Below, piece after piece: positions 26,916-41,314 of a DNA stretch of 64,000 bases (the first letter of the stretch is position 1; each line of letters begins with the position of its first letter). The notes under the pieces were generated by a model. That model did not search any database. It was not told where the DNA came from and was given only the letters and a program-made list of their open reading frames with translations. The stretch comes from Octopus vulgaris (lineage: Eukaryota), in assembly GCA_951406725.2 (NCBI GenBank), contig OX597815.1, positions 204,972,001-205,036,000 on the forward strand. Direction: 5' to 3'. The position numbers and the translations under genes are program-made.

Positions 26916-27238
26916 TCCATCTAGGGTTTCACTCACAAGGCATTGGAGGATATACACAAATAGTTTTTTAATTTTGTTAAGCAATTATCCTCATATGCTT
27001 GAGTAGGTATGTAAATTCCTTAACGATTTAGGTATGTTGCCCGTGCACACACACACTTACGCGTACACAAACACACACGGTTTCCGTTGGCAGATTTCAC
27101 TTATAAAGCCTTGGGTCGATTCGAACCTGACGTTCACGAGTGCGTAGCAAACTTCTTAATTATTTGTGTATGTGTTCAAGTACACACACATATACGTACT
27201 CTCACACACGCGCACAAACACACACTCATATCACCACC

Positions 27239-27697
27239 TATTTTCTTTTCTACCCACAAGGGGCTAAACACAGAGGGGACAAACAAGGACAGACATAGGT
27301 ATTAAGTCGATTATGTCGACCCCAGTGCGTAACTGGTACTTAATTTATCGACCCCGAAAGGATGAAAGGCAAAGTCCACCTCTGCGGAATTTGAACTCAG
27401 AACATTTCGCCCGGCGTGGTAACGATTCTGCAGGCTCGCCGCCTTACTTCTACCACTGATACCTACTTCTTTATTACCCACAAGGGGCTAAACACAGAGG
27501 GAACAAACAAGGTCAGACACACGGATTAAGTCGATTATATCGACCCCAGTGCGTAGCTGGTACTTAATTTATCGACCCCGAAAGGATGAAAGGCAAAGTC
27601 CACCTCAGCGGAATTTGAACTCAGAACGTAACGGCAGACGAAATACGGGTACGCATTTCGCCCGACGTGCTAACGTTTCTGCCAGCTCTCCTCCTTC
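27239..27697 (-). mobile_element. Two adjacent SINE B copies
   Basis: Two matches to the family B unit, each with its head. Confidence 0.85.
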
Positions 27698-28052
27698 GCA
27701 CTCATATCACCACCGTCGCCACTATCATACACATCTGAGTTATCAAAGGCAAAGAGACATGCAATGTAATACACATTACATACATTTCTCCTCACTCTAT
27801 AACGGCGCTGAACGTAGAGTAGTTTTTATGTTGCATCTATGAGTCTCTGTAAGATACCTTCTGGTACTGAACTCGCGGCACGTGGGATTAACAGCTTTAC
27901 GCATTAGTACACGCATTAAATGTGGAAAGCAATGGAAGTTATCCTAATTTAACATTTAAAATATCAGCCTTTTACTGAATTACACACAGTGAATTCCGTG
28001 TACTAAATTAGCATTTTCATGAAGAATTAGAACTGATTTGCTATTACGTTTA

Positions 28053-28572
28053 TCTATAATAATAAAAGCGAAATTCTATCTGTCCGTCTGGGATTCCTGT
28101 ATGTGAGTCTACCTATGCTCTACATAGACATGATATGCCCTTTTGGAATCAGGATGAACCCGGGATTGAAAAATCAGCTTTTCATTTGATCCTTGAACAT
28201 CTAGCATTGGGATCTGATTTAAAAGCATTTGGTAAAGATTAGGTGATTCACACCATCTTGGTTTGACTCTTGTCAGATGACGTCAAAGATTAAGAGGGAG
28301 ATGAATGACATTTGCTTCGTTAATTTTACGTCGAGATAAGAACTTTGGGACAAATTGACCAACGATTGGAATTCAACTTGGGACTGGAACAACAGAACGA
28401 TTGCATTACAGAATTAATTCTCATCCGTTTTTAACCTCTGATCAAATTCCACCGGGGCATATAATCATTATAGGCGTATTATAGTCATGCTATTCAGCTC
28501 TCTTTAGTTCTGGGTTGCAGTCCCAATTATCCCCGCCCCCCAATACACATACAGGAACTAGCTTAAAGCTAG
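28053..28572 (+). mobile_element. Probable older non-autonomous Helitron
   Basis: A|TCTATAATAATAAA start, ACTAGCT-taa-AGCTAG|T end. A similar 5' end lies at ~11888. Confidence 0.55.
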
Positions 28573-28875
28573 TATGTAATAGTTTTGACTTAAACCTATG
28601 GATCCCTCTAATTCTTATTTTACTCTACTGGACCCTCATAAAAAATCCTATTATATTTTTATAATTAAATATTTCTGGGAATTGTATTAAAAAAATTGTG
28701 AAAATATTCTGTGTGTTGTAGAAGTATGACCAATTTATTACACATAAATCTTAGCAGCAAAATCTTATTTGAACCCCTAAGGGCCAAATGGACCCTGGTT
28801 GAGAAACACTGGTTTAAAGGCTCTGTTTAACTTACCTGATCAGACGGAAAGTGCCGTGTGTGCGTGCGTGCGTGC

Positions 28876-28933
<58 letters not shown>

Positions 28934-29106
28934 ATGTATGTATGTATGTATGTATGTATGTTTGTCTGCCGCTACGTTCTGAGTTCAAATTCCGCCGAGG
29001 TCAACTTTGCCTTTCATCCTTTCGGGGTCGATTAAATAAGTACCAGTTACGCACTGGGATCGATGTAATCGACTTAATCCGTTTGTCTGTCCCTTCTCCT
29101 AGGCTC

Positions 29107-29747
29107 TGTTGAGCCACCTTACTTGTATATAAAGGAAGGTTCTCAGTATACTTGGTCTTTGGTTCTAGTCCTTCTACGGACTAACTTCAGACCACAGAGC
29201 TACTCAACCCAGCGACAGACGATTGCTCCTGCTACAACCAGCGACGACGCCAGCATACATCCGGACCGCAGAAAGCCTTCTATCTCCGCGGCCGTCGTCA
29301 CCATCATTGTACCAACTTCAAGTCGTCTCTACCATCGTCGCCATCACCATCGTCCACTTCATACATCGAGACACATCTTGATATTGAACTCTTACACATC
29401 GGGTACCTTACGAACTGTAAACCAATTTCCATCATTAACTCTATGCTCTGTACTTTCTATGTCTCACGCATTCACCCTTATTGTATCTGTCACACACACG
29501 AACACACAGACACAAACACGTGTTGCACGCACACATACACAACACTGGCTAGCCCTCACAACCCTCTAACCTTAACACCATTGTAAATAAAATCTTATCT
29601 TCTCTCAAACGGCTCGTCGTCTTCCATCTATATTCTGTTGGCACTGCATTGTATAAATTGTATTTATGGCTTATCTTATTTCGTTAGGGATGCGACCGTG
29701 TGACTTACCTATGTCACCAACCTCCACATACGGTCGTATTTCCTACA
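29107..29747 (+). mobile_element. Possible 5'-truncated solo LTR next to a truncated SINE B (28960-29092)
   Basis: TATATAAA at ~29126, AATAAA at ~29586, ends CCTACA. No TSD found. Confidence 0.4.
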
Positions 29748-30131
29748 CTGTCGATCAATAAAGACCTGCTCTTCAGGTTACACGCGGCAAAAACCTATCT
29801 CAGTAGATATCATAAGGATTTAGTATGTTTTTTGGGGGGCGGCTTGTGTTTTGGGGCTTACGTTACCAACTCTCCCTGCAAATAGAAACTCAACCTAATA
29901 TATTCAATATATTCAATGTCCTTTTCTTTCATCCGTACACCACACACACGCGCGCGTACTTCTGTCTGTCTGTATGTATGTATGTCTGTATGTATCTGTG
30001 TATGTATGCATGTCTCTGCTTCGCCTCAATTCTTGTCTCTTTCCTACTAGACCTAACAGCACATCACAGACGGTAGCTCCAGGTGTATACATGTGTTTGG
30101 GTCCGCGCGTGTATGTGTATGTTGTGTGTGC

Positions 30132-30169
<38 letters not shown>

Positions 30170-30480
30170 AATAATGAGGAAAATAAATTAAAATATTTTA
30201 GATTAAAATAAATTATTACCAGAGGTTAGCGTGCACAATAAAAGTCATAAGACATATGCAAATGGAGATGTGCAATTAATATAATTTATTATCTGCAAGA
30301 ATCCAACATATTCTCTTACAGCTGTTTCAATTAAGCCTAAAAGATTAAATTACAATAATTAAATCATTGTATTTGACAAAATCTCATCAGCGGGGTAGAA
30401 AAGATATACCGTAAGGTTATTAGGTGTTGTGTTTTCAAATCGTCTCAGTTATTAGGTTTTCAAATTATCTCAGCAGACTA
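30170..30480 (-). mobile_element. PLE-like end in (AT)n with degenerate hammerhead
   Basis: Minus strand CTGATGA ... GAAACAGCTGTA (palindromic stem III). Stem I pairs poorly. Confidence 0.45.
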
Positions 30481-30505
30481 TATATATTACATATGTACAC
30501 ACACT

Positions 30506-30619
30506 AAGGGTGCAAATCAACACCAGCGTTGCTAGAAATAAGAGTCAAAACAACTCTTAGCCACGAGCAAGAGTTGTTTTGACTCTTATTTCTAGAAATG
30601 TTGGTGATTTGTACCCTTA
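30506..30619. repeat. Hairpin with ~50-bp arms
   Basis: CTAGAAATAAGAGTCAAAACAACTCTT / AAGAGTTGTTTTGACTCTTATTTCTAG pair perfectly; outer arms TAAGGGT.CAAATCA. Confidence 0.9.
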
Positions 30620-30684
30620 GTCACTCTCGTGACGCTTGTATTTGTGCATTTTGGTTTTTAAATTGTGGATAGTCACCTTAATAA

Positions 30685-30765
<81 letters not shown>

Positions 30766-30774
30766 GTGTGTTGT

Positions 30775-30905
30775 TCGAATTTGCAGAAAACAAAAGACGA
30801 AGACAGATGAAGGAACAACCAGATGGCGTATTAGTTTGACGCTTAGGAAGAATAGAAAGGACTTTGACGTTTTGAGCCAATGCTCTTCGACAGAAAGGAT
30901 TGAAA
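30775..30905 (-). mobile_element. PLE end, same family as 6590-6885, with mutated hammerhead at 30862-30897
   Basis: Minus strand CTTT CTGTCGA A GAGC-attg-GCTC AAAACGTC AAAG. Confidence 0.6.
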
Positions 30906-31315
30906 TGTGAAAAGAAAAATGGGGAGAGAACGGGGGAGAAAAAAAAACGGAGAGAGAACAGAAAATTTGTTAGATCACATTGTGAAAAAAAAAAACCCGT
31001 TTTCTTTAGGTGAAATAAAAAATTTAACTTTGGTTCGGAGAAACAATATCAAGATTTGGAAATGTGGATTGACTCTCATTTCGGCATCATATATACATAT
31101 GTGTGCATGTATGTACATGTATGTATATATATATATGTGTGTGTGTGTATATATATATATATAAACATACATACATACGTATGTGTGTGTGTGTGTATAT
31201 ATATATACAAACATATATACATACATACGTATATACAAACATACATACATACATACATACATACATACATACATACACACGCGCACACATGCAGACACAT
31301 TCACACGCATGTGCG

Positions 31316-31356
<41 letters not shown>

Positions 31357-31939
31357 TGGCTTAGCTTTTTTTTCTCGAAGCTAATAACAATATGAAATGG
31401 ATGTCTACAGTGAGGAACAAAAGTCGGGGACAATATAAGTAACAGCTTGTGTCCTTTGAATGCTGGGGTGTAGGGTGTTCGGTGGGGAGGTAGGAGGTGG
31501 GGGGGTGGGGAGGTAGGGATATTTTTATGTGAAGGTGTGTAGGGAGTGTCAGAGGGACGGGGGGAGTATGGAAAGCAAGGGTGCGTGAAGGGTAGTGGTG
31601 CGTGTAGGGTAGTGGCTGTACAAGAGTTTGCTAAGATGTCGACGAGGGTGGTGGTGGCGGGGGGGAGAGGCTTTTGCGGTGGTGATGGTGGTGATGGTGG
31701 TATTGGCGGTGGTGGTGTCAGGGCTTGTGGTAGAAGTGATTTGGTGATGACAGAAGTATGCTGACGTATTTGTTTATGGTGGTGGTGATGGTGATGGTAG
31801 TGGTGATAATGGTGGTGGTGGTGGTGGTGGTGGTGGTAGTGGTTGCCGTCGTCTGGTAACTGAAAGAATAGTATTACTGAAACCTGGAAACAAATATTTA
31901 TAAAAGCTTTCAAAGCTGGAGAAGGAGACTTTGGGACAT

Positions 31940-33680
31940 CAGTAGTGGTGGTGGTGGTGGTGGTATTGGTGGTGGTGGTGGTGGTGGTGGTGGTGGTGGT
32001 GGTGGTATTGGTGGTGGTGGTGGTGGTGGTGGTGGTGGTGGTGGTGGTAGTGGTGGTGGTGGTGGTGGTATTGGTGGTGGTGGTGGTATTGGTGGTGGTG
32101 GTGGTGGTGGTGGTGGTGGTGGTGGTGGTGGTATTGGTGGTGGTGGTGGTGGTATTGGTGGTGGTGGTGGTGGTATTGGTGGTGGTGGTGGTGGTGGTGG
32201 TGGTGGTGGTGGTGGTGGTGGTGGTGGTGGTGGTGGTGGTGGTGGTGGTAGTGGTGGTGGTGGTGGTGGTGGTGGTGGTGGTAGTGGTGGTGGTGGTGGT
32301 GGTGGTGGTATTGGTGGTGGTGGTGGTGGTGGTGGTGGTGGTATTGGTGGTGGTGGTGGTGGTGGTGGTGGTGGTGGTGGTGGTGGTGGTGGTGGTGGTG
32401 GTGGTGGTGGTGGTGGTATTGGTGGTGGTGGTGGTGGTGGTAGTGGTGGTGGTGGTGGTGGTGGTGGTGGTGGTGGTGGTGGTGGTGGTGGTGGTGGTGG
32501 TGGTGGTGGTGGTGGTGGTGGTGGTGGTGGTGGTGGTGGTATTGGTGGTGGTGGTGGTAGTGGTGGTGGTGGTGGTGGTGGTGGTGGTGGTGGTGGTGGT
32601 GGTGGTGGTGGTGGTGGTGGTGGTGGTAGTGGTGGTGGTGGTGGTGGTGGTATTGGTGGTGGTGGTGGTGGTGGGTGGTGGTGGTGGTGGTAGTGGTGGT
32701 GGTGGTGGTGGTGGTAGTGGTGGTGGTGGTGGTGGTGGTGGTGGTGGTGGTGGTGGTGGTGGTGGTGGTGGTGGTGGTGGTGGTGGTGGTGGTATTGGTG
32801 GTGGTGGTGGTGGTGGTGGTGGTGGTAGTGGTGGTGCTGCTGTGGTGCTGGTGGTGCTGGTGGTGGTAATGATGATGGTGGTGGTGGTGGTGGTGGTGGT
32901 GGTGGTGGTGGTGGTGGTGGTGGTGGTGGTGGTGGTGGTGGTGGTGGTGGTGGTGGTGGTGGTGGTGGTGGTATGTGGTGGTGGTGGTGGTGGTGGTATT
33001 GGTGGTGGTGGTGGTGGTGGTGGTGGTGGTAGTGGTGGTGCTGGTGGTGGTGGTGGTGGTAATGATGATGGTGGTGGTGGTGGTGGTGGTGGTGGTGGTG
33101 GTGGTGGTGGTGGTGGTGGTGGTGGTGGTGGTAGTGGTGGTGGTGGTGGTGGTGGTGGTGGTGGTGGTGGTGGTGGTGGTGGTGGTGGTGGTGGTGGTGG
33201 TGGTGGTGGTGGTGGTGGTGGTGGTGGTGGTAGTGGTGGTGCTGGTGGTGCTGGTGGGGGTAATGATGATGGTGGTGGTGGTGGTGGTGGTGGTGGTGGT
33301 GGTGGTGGTGGTGGTGGTGGTGGTGGTGGTGGTGGTGGTGGTGGTGGTGTGGTGGTGGTGGTGGTGGTAGTGGTGGTGCTGGTGGTGGTGGTGGTAATGA
33401 TGATGATGGTGTGGTGGTGGTGGTGGTGGTTTGTGGTGGTGCTGGTGGTGCTGGTGGGGGTAATGATGATGGTGTGGTGGTGGTGGTGGTGGTGGTGGTG
33501 ATGATGGTGGTAGTGGTGTGGTGGTGGTAATCATGATGATGGTGGTGGTAGTGGTGGTGGTGGTGTTGTTGGTAGTGTTGGTGGTAGTGGTGTTAATGAT
33601 GATGGTGGTGGTGGTGGTGGTGGCGGCGGCGGCGACGGCGGTGGTGGTGGTATGGGTGTTGGTGGTGGTGGTGGTGGTCC
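31940..33680. repeat. ~1.7 kb (GGT)n trinucleotide array
   Basis: Directly visible, with recurring GTATTG/GTA variants. Confidence 0.97.
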
Positions 33681-33949
33681 CCGTCGTCGTCGTCGTCGTG
33701 GAGCTGCTGGTACTGCCGGGGTGGTGAGAGTAGAGGAAGCGGGGAGACACGAACCACCTGTCACAGTCGATGGCTCCGCAGCTGATGTCACTCTTGCATC
33801 CACCCTTGTCCCTGTTCATTCATGCATATCCGAACGCACGCGCGTGTTTTAGCGAACATTTATGTGCGTTTATGCGCGTATGCCCCGTGTGTAGAACTGT
33901 TATGACTTTTTAAGACGAGGGGCAACCCTCCACAAAGCAATCACACACA

Positions 33950-35556
<1,607 letters not shown>

Positions 35557-35809
35557 TACCGTAAGTATAAGGCGAACTTTGTGTCTGGTTGCATGTAACG
35601 GATGACATCTAACGGATGGGGGTAGGTTGAAGATTTTTCTTCATTGCTATGAACAGAAGAAGCAATTAATGTCAATAAACATCTAGCTGGATACATTATT
35701 AGATATCAATTTATCATCCAATGAATATCAAGTGATGGATCGAATTATCTCTTCGTATATATGAGTATGCATGTGAATCTTCTTTACTTTGTTCTCCGCG
35801 CACGCACAC

Positions 35810-35869
<60 letters not shown>

Positions 35870-36237
35870 TGAAACCCATATCATAGTTTTAAGTATGTAT
35901 TTATGAGGTGCGTGTGGCTGCCGACGATCCTCGATTGGCATGGAATGAAACAGAGACAGGAATGTGTGAAAAGGAGGGGTGAGAGGTAAGAAAGAAGCAG
36001 CGCTGGCTTAACCATTAAGCAAAATAAGCACGTGCTTAGGACATCAAGGGAAGTAGGGAGCACCACAGAAATAGTTAAAGGTTTACGGCACAAATCACCA
36101 GGATTTAATGATTAGAAAACTTTGCTGGTGTTTTTCCTGTGAGGAAATGCCTTCGGTGATGTGAAATAAAAGCCGCTACTCATGTTTCACTTCGAAAATC
36201 TAAGGGTTTTCAAGAGATACGACCAGCGCTGGATTAA

Positions 36238-36565
36238 CAACATCATAAGCGGAAAGTGTAACCTCTCGAAAGAGCTGTTCTTCACTCCTGCTCCAGAGCG
36301 TCGGCTGCGGGGGTCACTCCGAAAAGCTCTATCTGCGACGATTTCATCTCAATCGAAGGAGAGGGGCTTTCTCTGTCCGGGTTGTGGATCCGTGGAATAA
36401 GCTGCCGGACGAGATAGTGAAGATGCCGACGACCGCTCGGTTCAAAGTCTCCATTGACCTCAAGTGGCCTGAACTCTTTACCTGAACACCACCCTGTACA
36501 TAACTCCATGACCCCCTACATGGCCTTGCTTTTTGCTCTTTGAGCCAAAAAATTAACTAACTAAC
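36238..36565 (+). mobile_element. CR1/L2-type LINE 3' fragment
   Basis: Near-identical to 57737-58075 (-), with (TAAC)n tail. Confidence 0.9.
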
Positions 36566-36667
36566 CATTAAGCAAAATAAGCACGGAGGGGGGGGGGCAA
36601 CACAGAAATGGTAAATGGTCTACTGCACAAAAGAAATCCCTTTAAACTTGCTAAAAATAATATTTGG

Positions 36668-37288
36668 GACGCCTTTATCTCTACTTAGTATAGATGCAGA
36701 TGTGTTACCTAAGATTAATTTTGAGGATCTCATCAAAGACTTTGCAATTCAAAAAAATAGGAGGAAACTTTTCAAATATAAATAAAGTGGAAATATACAA
36801 AAACAAACATTATTTTCCCTTTTACTGTTTTGTTTCATTTTGAAAAATAAAAATTTATTTTATGGTTTGTTATTTTTTTTTATATTTTGAATTCTTTCTT
36901 CTTTTGTTTTTCACCCTTTTCAAGACTGGTCAGGCTCATGGGCCTGGTTTCCCGGTTTCTGTGGCATATGTGTACCCCCCCCCCCGGCTGGATGGGACGC
37001 CTGTCCATCGCAGCGTTACCCAAGAAACAGGAAGAAAGAGTGATAGAAAGTTGGGACGAAAGAGTACAACAGGGGTCGCCACCACCCCTTGCCGGAGCCT
37101 CGTAGAGCTTTAGGTGTTTTTCGCTCAATAAACACACACAACGCCCGGTCTGGGAATCGAAACCGCGAATCTGCTGCCCTAACCACTGGGCCATTGCGCC
37201 TCCACATATTTTGAACTACGTAATCTTTTATGGGGGCACCGAGATCTTTTAAGTGCTTCGGGCCTCGATGGGCTGTAATCCGGCCCTG
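36668..37288 (+). mobile_element. hAT transposon 3' end with nested SINE C (-, ~36895-37204)
   Basis: Encodes LSLLSIDADVLPKINFEDLIKDFAIQKNRRKLF (end of the hAT dimerisation domain). TIR TAATCCGGCCCTG. SINE TSD ATATTTTGAA. Confidence 0.8.
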
Positions 37289-37734
37289 GTTACGACAGTA
37301 AAACTTTCCTCTGATTTGTAATGGTTTACAAATATGTTTTATCTTCTTGTACGGTGCCAAACATAGATAAAAAAGAAAAACAAAACATATTTCCCAAAAC
37401 ATTTATACTCAGGCCATTGGATTAAGATGTAATAGCAACTTCAAGGAAAGTAGTTGATAGGAAGGATAAACCTACAGTAAAAGACTTCTGCAGAATTAGA
37501 GCAAACGGAATAAATAGAACTTAATACATAAAAGTATACATTTGCTTAGTACCATGAATGAAATTTTCGACTAATGAGTCGGCCGATTAAAATAAGGATT
37601 TTACTACACGCACACACACACATACACACCCATATATATATATATATATATATGCAAACATACACACCACACATACGCGCACACGACACACAGACAGGCA
37701 GGCTCACACACTCAGACACGGAGGGAGAGAGGGA

Positions 37735-38068
37735 GACTTCCTTCGTTTAATAGATCACTATTTTCCGCCAGGCCATAATTAAAAGATATCAAAAGAGAAC
37801 CATTTTAAGGTTAGTAATTCAGCTTCTATGAATTCCGGGTGTTATATCAAAGGGTATCATTTTGCAAAGCTCGATCAAAAAAGGGAAGCAAACATCTAGC
37901 CAGTAAGAAAATATCTAGCCATGCAACCTTAGAATCTGCGAGAGGTGCTCACTAGATGGTAACTGTCCGGCAAAGTCCATAATATGTAACACTGAAGTAG
38001 AAACTTACTGCAGAAATGAACTTAAAATGTATGTTGGAATGAATGAAGTAACATTCAAAAATCGCTAT
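37735..38068 (+). pseudogene. Penelope-like (Neptune-type) linker and GIY-YIG endonuclease remnant
   Basis: FLRLIDHYFPPGH ... PCNLRICERCSLDGNCPAKSIICNTEVETYCRNELKMYVGMNEVTFKNRY fits CNCR..CPL.G.C...VVY......YIG.TE..FK.RY. Confidence 0.75.
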
Positions 38069-38137
38069 CCGTTGGGTAGTTCTTGAGATTTAGTGATCCA
38101 CACATATAAAAAGACACACACACACATTCCCAGTTTT

Positions 38138-38293
38138 GAGTGGCAGTGTGGTAAGTAGCTTGCTTACCAACCACATGTTTCCGGGTTCAGTCCCACTGCG
38201 TGGCACCTTGGGCAAGTGTCTTCTACTATAGCATCGGGCCGACCAAAGCTTTGTGAGTGGATTTGGTAGACGGAAACTAAAAGAAGCTCGTCG

Positions 38294-38358
<65 letters not shown>

Positions 38359-38567
38359 GTATGCGTGTGTATATGTTTGTGTGTCTGTGTTTGTCCTCCC
38401 CAACATCGCTTGACAACCGATTCTGGTGTGTTTACGTCCCCGTAACTTAGCGGTTCGGCAAAAGAGACGATAGAATAAGTACTAGGCTTACAAAGAATAA
38501 ATCCTGGGGTCGACTTGCTCGACTAAAGGCGGTGCTCCAGCATGGCCATAGTCAAATGACTGAAAAG

Positions 38568-38570
<3 letters not shown>
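38138..38570 (+). mobile_element. SINE family A
   Basis: Match to the other copies. Confidence 0.9.
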
Positions 38571-38603
<33 letters not shown>

Positions 38604-38799
38604 GGCGCATGGCTGAGTGGTTAGAGCGTCGAGTTGAGTGAACCGGAGCAACGTGAAATAAAGTGTATTGCTCAAGAACAAAACACGCAGCCCAGTCCGG
38701 GATTCGAACTCACAACCTCACGATCGTAAGCTCAACGCTCTAACCACTGAGCCATGCGCCTTCGCGTCTGTTTTCTTCATAACTCTCCTGTCACCAGTT

Positions 38800-39130
38800 T
38801 CGCCTGTATAAATCTGATTATCGGATGTTGTTATGCACCGCTGGTCATTATGTGCTTCCATTTCTTTTCTCGATTGCGCCCTTGTTTTCCACCATGGTCC
38901 AAATCATTTAACTAAATCACCTTCTCATTGTCGTGGGGGCCTTCAAAGTTGCCTTTCCCAATCTCCAGGATACCACTCGGCAACTGCACGAGTCCACCTG
39001 TTGACTGTGAACCTCGTGGCGTGTCTAGCCCTGTGGAATTTGTACCTTTTTGTTAACAAAGGTCATAGTCATAATCACCAGACTATCAAAACATCTCAAA
39101 ACATCAGCAACCGAGGGAGCAGAGAGGTGT
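38800..39130 (-). pseudogene. RTE LINE C-terminal remnant
   Basis: ARHATRFTVNRWTRAVAEWYPGDWERQL.RPPRQ, compared with the RTE consensus WAGHV.R..DNRWT..V.EW.P...KR..GRP. Confidence 0.6.
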
Positions 39131-39140
39131 CCAAAAGAAT

Positions 39141-39555
39141 TAGGAGTGGCTGTGTGGTAAGTAGCTTGTTTACCAACCACATGGTTCCGGGTTCAGTCCC
39201 ACTGCGTGGCACCTTGGGCAAGTGTCTTCTGCTATAACCTCGGGCCGACCAAAGCCTTGTGAGTGGATTTGGTAGACGGAAACTGAAAAAAGCCTGTCGT
39301 ATATGTGTATATATAATTGTATGTGTGTGTGTATATGTTTGTGTGTCTGTCTTTGTCCCCCTAGCATTGCTTGACAACCGATGCTGGTGTGTTTATGTCC
39401 CCGTTAATTAGCGGTTCGGCAAAAGAGACCGATAGAATAAGTACTGGGCTTACAAAGAATAAGTCCCGGGGTCGAGTTGCTCGACTAAAGGCGGTGCTCC
39501 AGCATGGCCGCAGTCAAATGACTGAAACAAGTAAAAGAGTAAAGAGAGTAAAGAG
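39141..39555 (+). mobile_element. SINE family A
   Basis: Match to the other copies. Confidence 0.9.
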
Positions 39556-39559
39556 TAAT

Positions 39560-39810
39560 ATATTCACTCTAACACAGTTTATAGAACGAGCGAAGGATAC
39601 AAGTTACCTTTGCGTACCACTTTCATCGACTACGTAAAGGTTTCCGATGGCCTTCGAGATGAATTCAGCGCTGAAATCTCTGTAGATGCAAGGAGTCGAG
39701 GCGATAGACAACAAATTGCTCATGGATGCGAAATCCGAATGTACCACCGATATAGTTCTGTCAGTGCCACTTGTAAGAGATCCAATTGAAAAGGGTGTCA
39801 AACAAGGAGA
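39560..39810 (+). pseudogene. RTE LINE reverse-transcriptase remnant
   Basis: IFTLTQFIERA..YKLPLRTTFIDYVKVSD ... PIEKGVKQGD (RT motifs FVDYEKAFD and GVRQGD). Confidence 0.75.
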
Positions 39811-39811
39811 C

Positions 39812-40420
39812 GTATGTATGTATGTATGTATGTATGTATGTATGTATGTATGTATGTATGTATGTATGTATGTATGTATGTATGTATATTTGTATGTATG
39901 TATGTATGTTTGTATGTATGTATGTATGTATGTATGTATGTATGTATGTATGTGTATGTATGTATGTATGTTTGTATGTATGTATGTATGTATGTATGTA
40001 TGCATGCATGTATGTATGTATGTATGCATGCATGCATGCATGTATGTATGTATGTGTGTATGTTTGTATGTATGTATGCACGCATGTATGTATGTATGTA
40101 TGTATGTATGTATGTTTGTATGTATGTATGTATGTATGTATGTATGTATGCATGCATGTATGTATGTATGTATGCATGCATGCATGCATGTATGTATGTA
40201 TGTGTGTATGTTTGTATGTATGTATGCACGCATGTATGTATGTATGTATGTATGTATGTATGTATGTATGTTTGTATGTATGTATGTATGAATGTATGTA
40301 TGTATGTATGTATGTATGTATGTATGCATGCATGTATGCATGTATGCATGTATGTATGTATGTATGTAAGTTTGTTTGTATGTATGTATGTATGTTTGTA
40401 TGTATGTATGTATGTATGTA
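39812..40420. repeat. (TATG)n array
   Basis: Directly visible. Confidence 0.97.
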
Positions 40421-40589
40421 AGTGTTATGTATACACGAGCGCGCGCACACACAAGCTCGAATTATGCAACGAAGCTTTATATGACATATTCAAAATATGT
40501 CATTGAAAAGCCACAAGTTGCAGTATTTCGTCCAACAAAAATCCTTTTACGAACATATTGCGTTAAAGACAATATACTCCAGATCTAAT

Positions 40590-40918
40590 CGAAACGAAAT
40601 CGCCCTAGAAACGACTGCGAGAGATACAGATACGTATTTCGTTGTTGTCGAGGTTTGTCAGTGTTATGTACTCATATCACTTCCGAAACGAGATCGAATC
40701 AGCAAGTCTGAAGTATATAGAGGTAGTATTTAAACTATACACTGGTTTGCACTGGGGTTGCTTAAACAGAATGGAATTGGAATTATGCAATACTTCAGAC
40801 TGGCTGATTCGATCTCATTTTGAAGGTGACTCGAGTACGTAACACTGAAAAACCGCAACAACGGCGAAATGCATATCTGTTGCTCTCGCTGTCGCCTCCA
40901 GGCGATTTCATTTCGTCT
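40590..40918. repeat. Diverged inverted repeat, ~125-bp arms
   Basis: GAGATCGAATCAGCAAGTCTGAAGTAT (~40690) / ATACTTCAGACTGGCTGATTCGATCTC (~40790), extending outward. Confidence 0.8.
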
Positions 40919-40977
40919 AGCTGTAAGGTATATGATATTTTTTGGTAGTACGTCTATAATGGGATTCTTCTCAGACG

Positions 40978-41215
40978 CTTTTACTCTTTTACTTGTTTCA
41001 GTCATTTGACTGCGGCCATGCTGGAGCACCACCTTTAGTCGAGCAAATCGACCCCAAGACATATTCTTTGTAAGCCTAGTACTTATTCTATCGTCTCTTT
41101 TGTCGAACCGCTAAGTTACGGGGACGTTAACACACCAGCATCGGTTGTCAAGCGATGTTGCGGGGACAAACACAGACACACATACACACGCACACACACA
41201 TACATATACACACAC

Positions 41216-41314
<99 letters not shown>

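Noticed and set aside
31939-33819. 626-aa and 518-aa ORFs (poly-T/H, poly-V/G)
   Set aside because: They are open only because (GGT)n lacks stop codons; no domain, and residue switches follow single-base slips.
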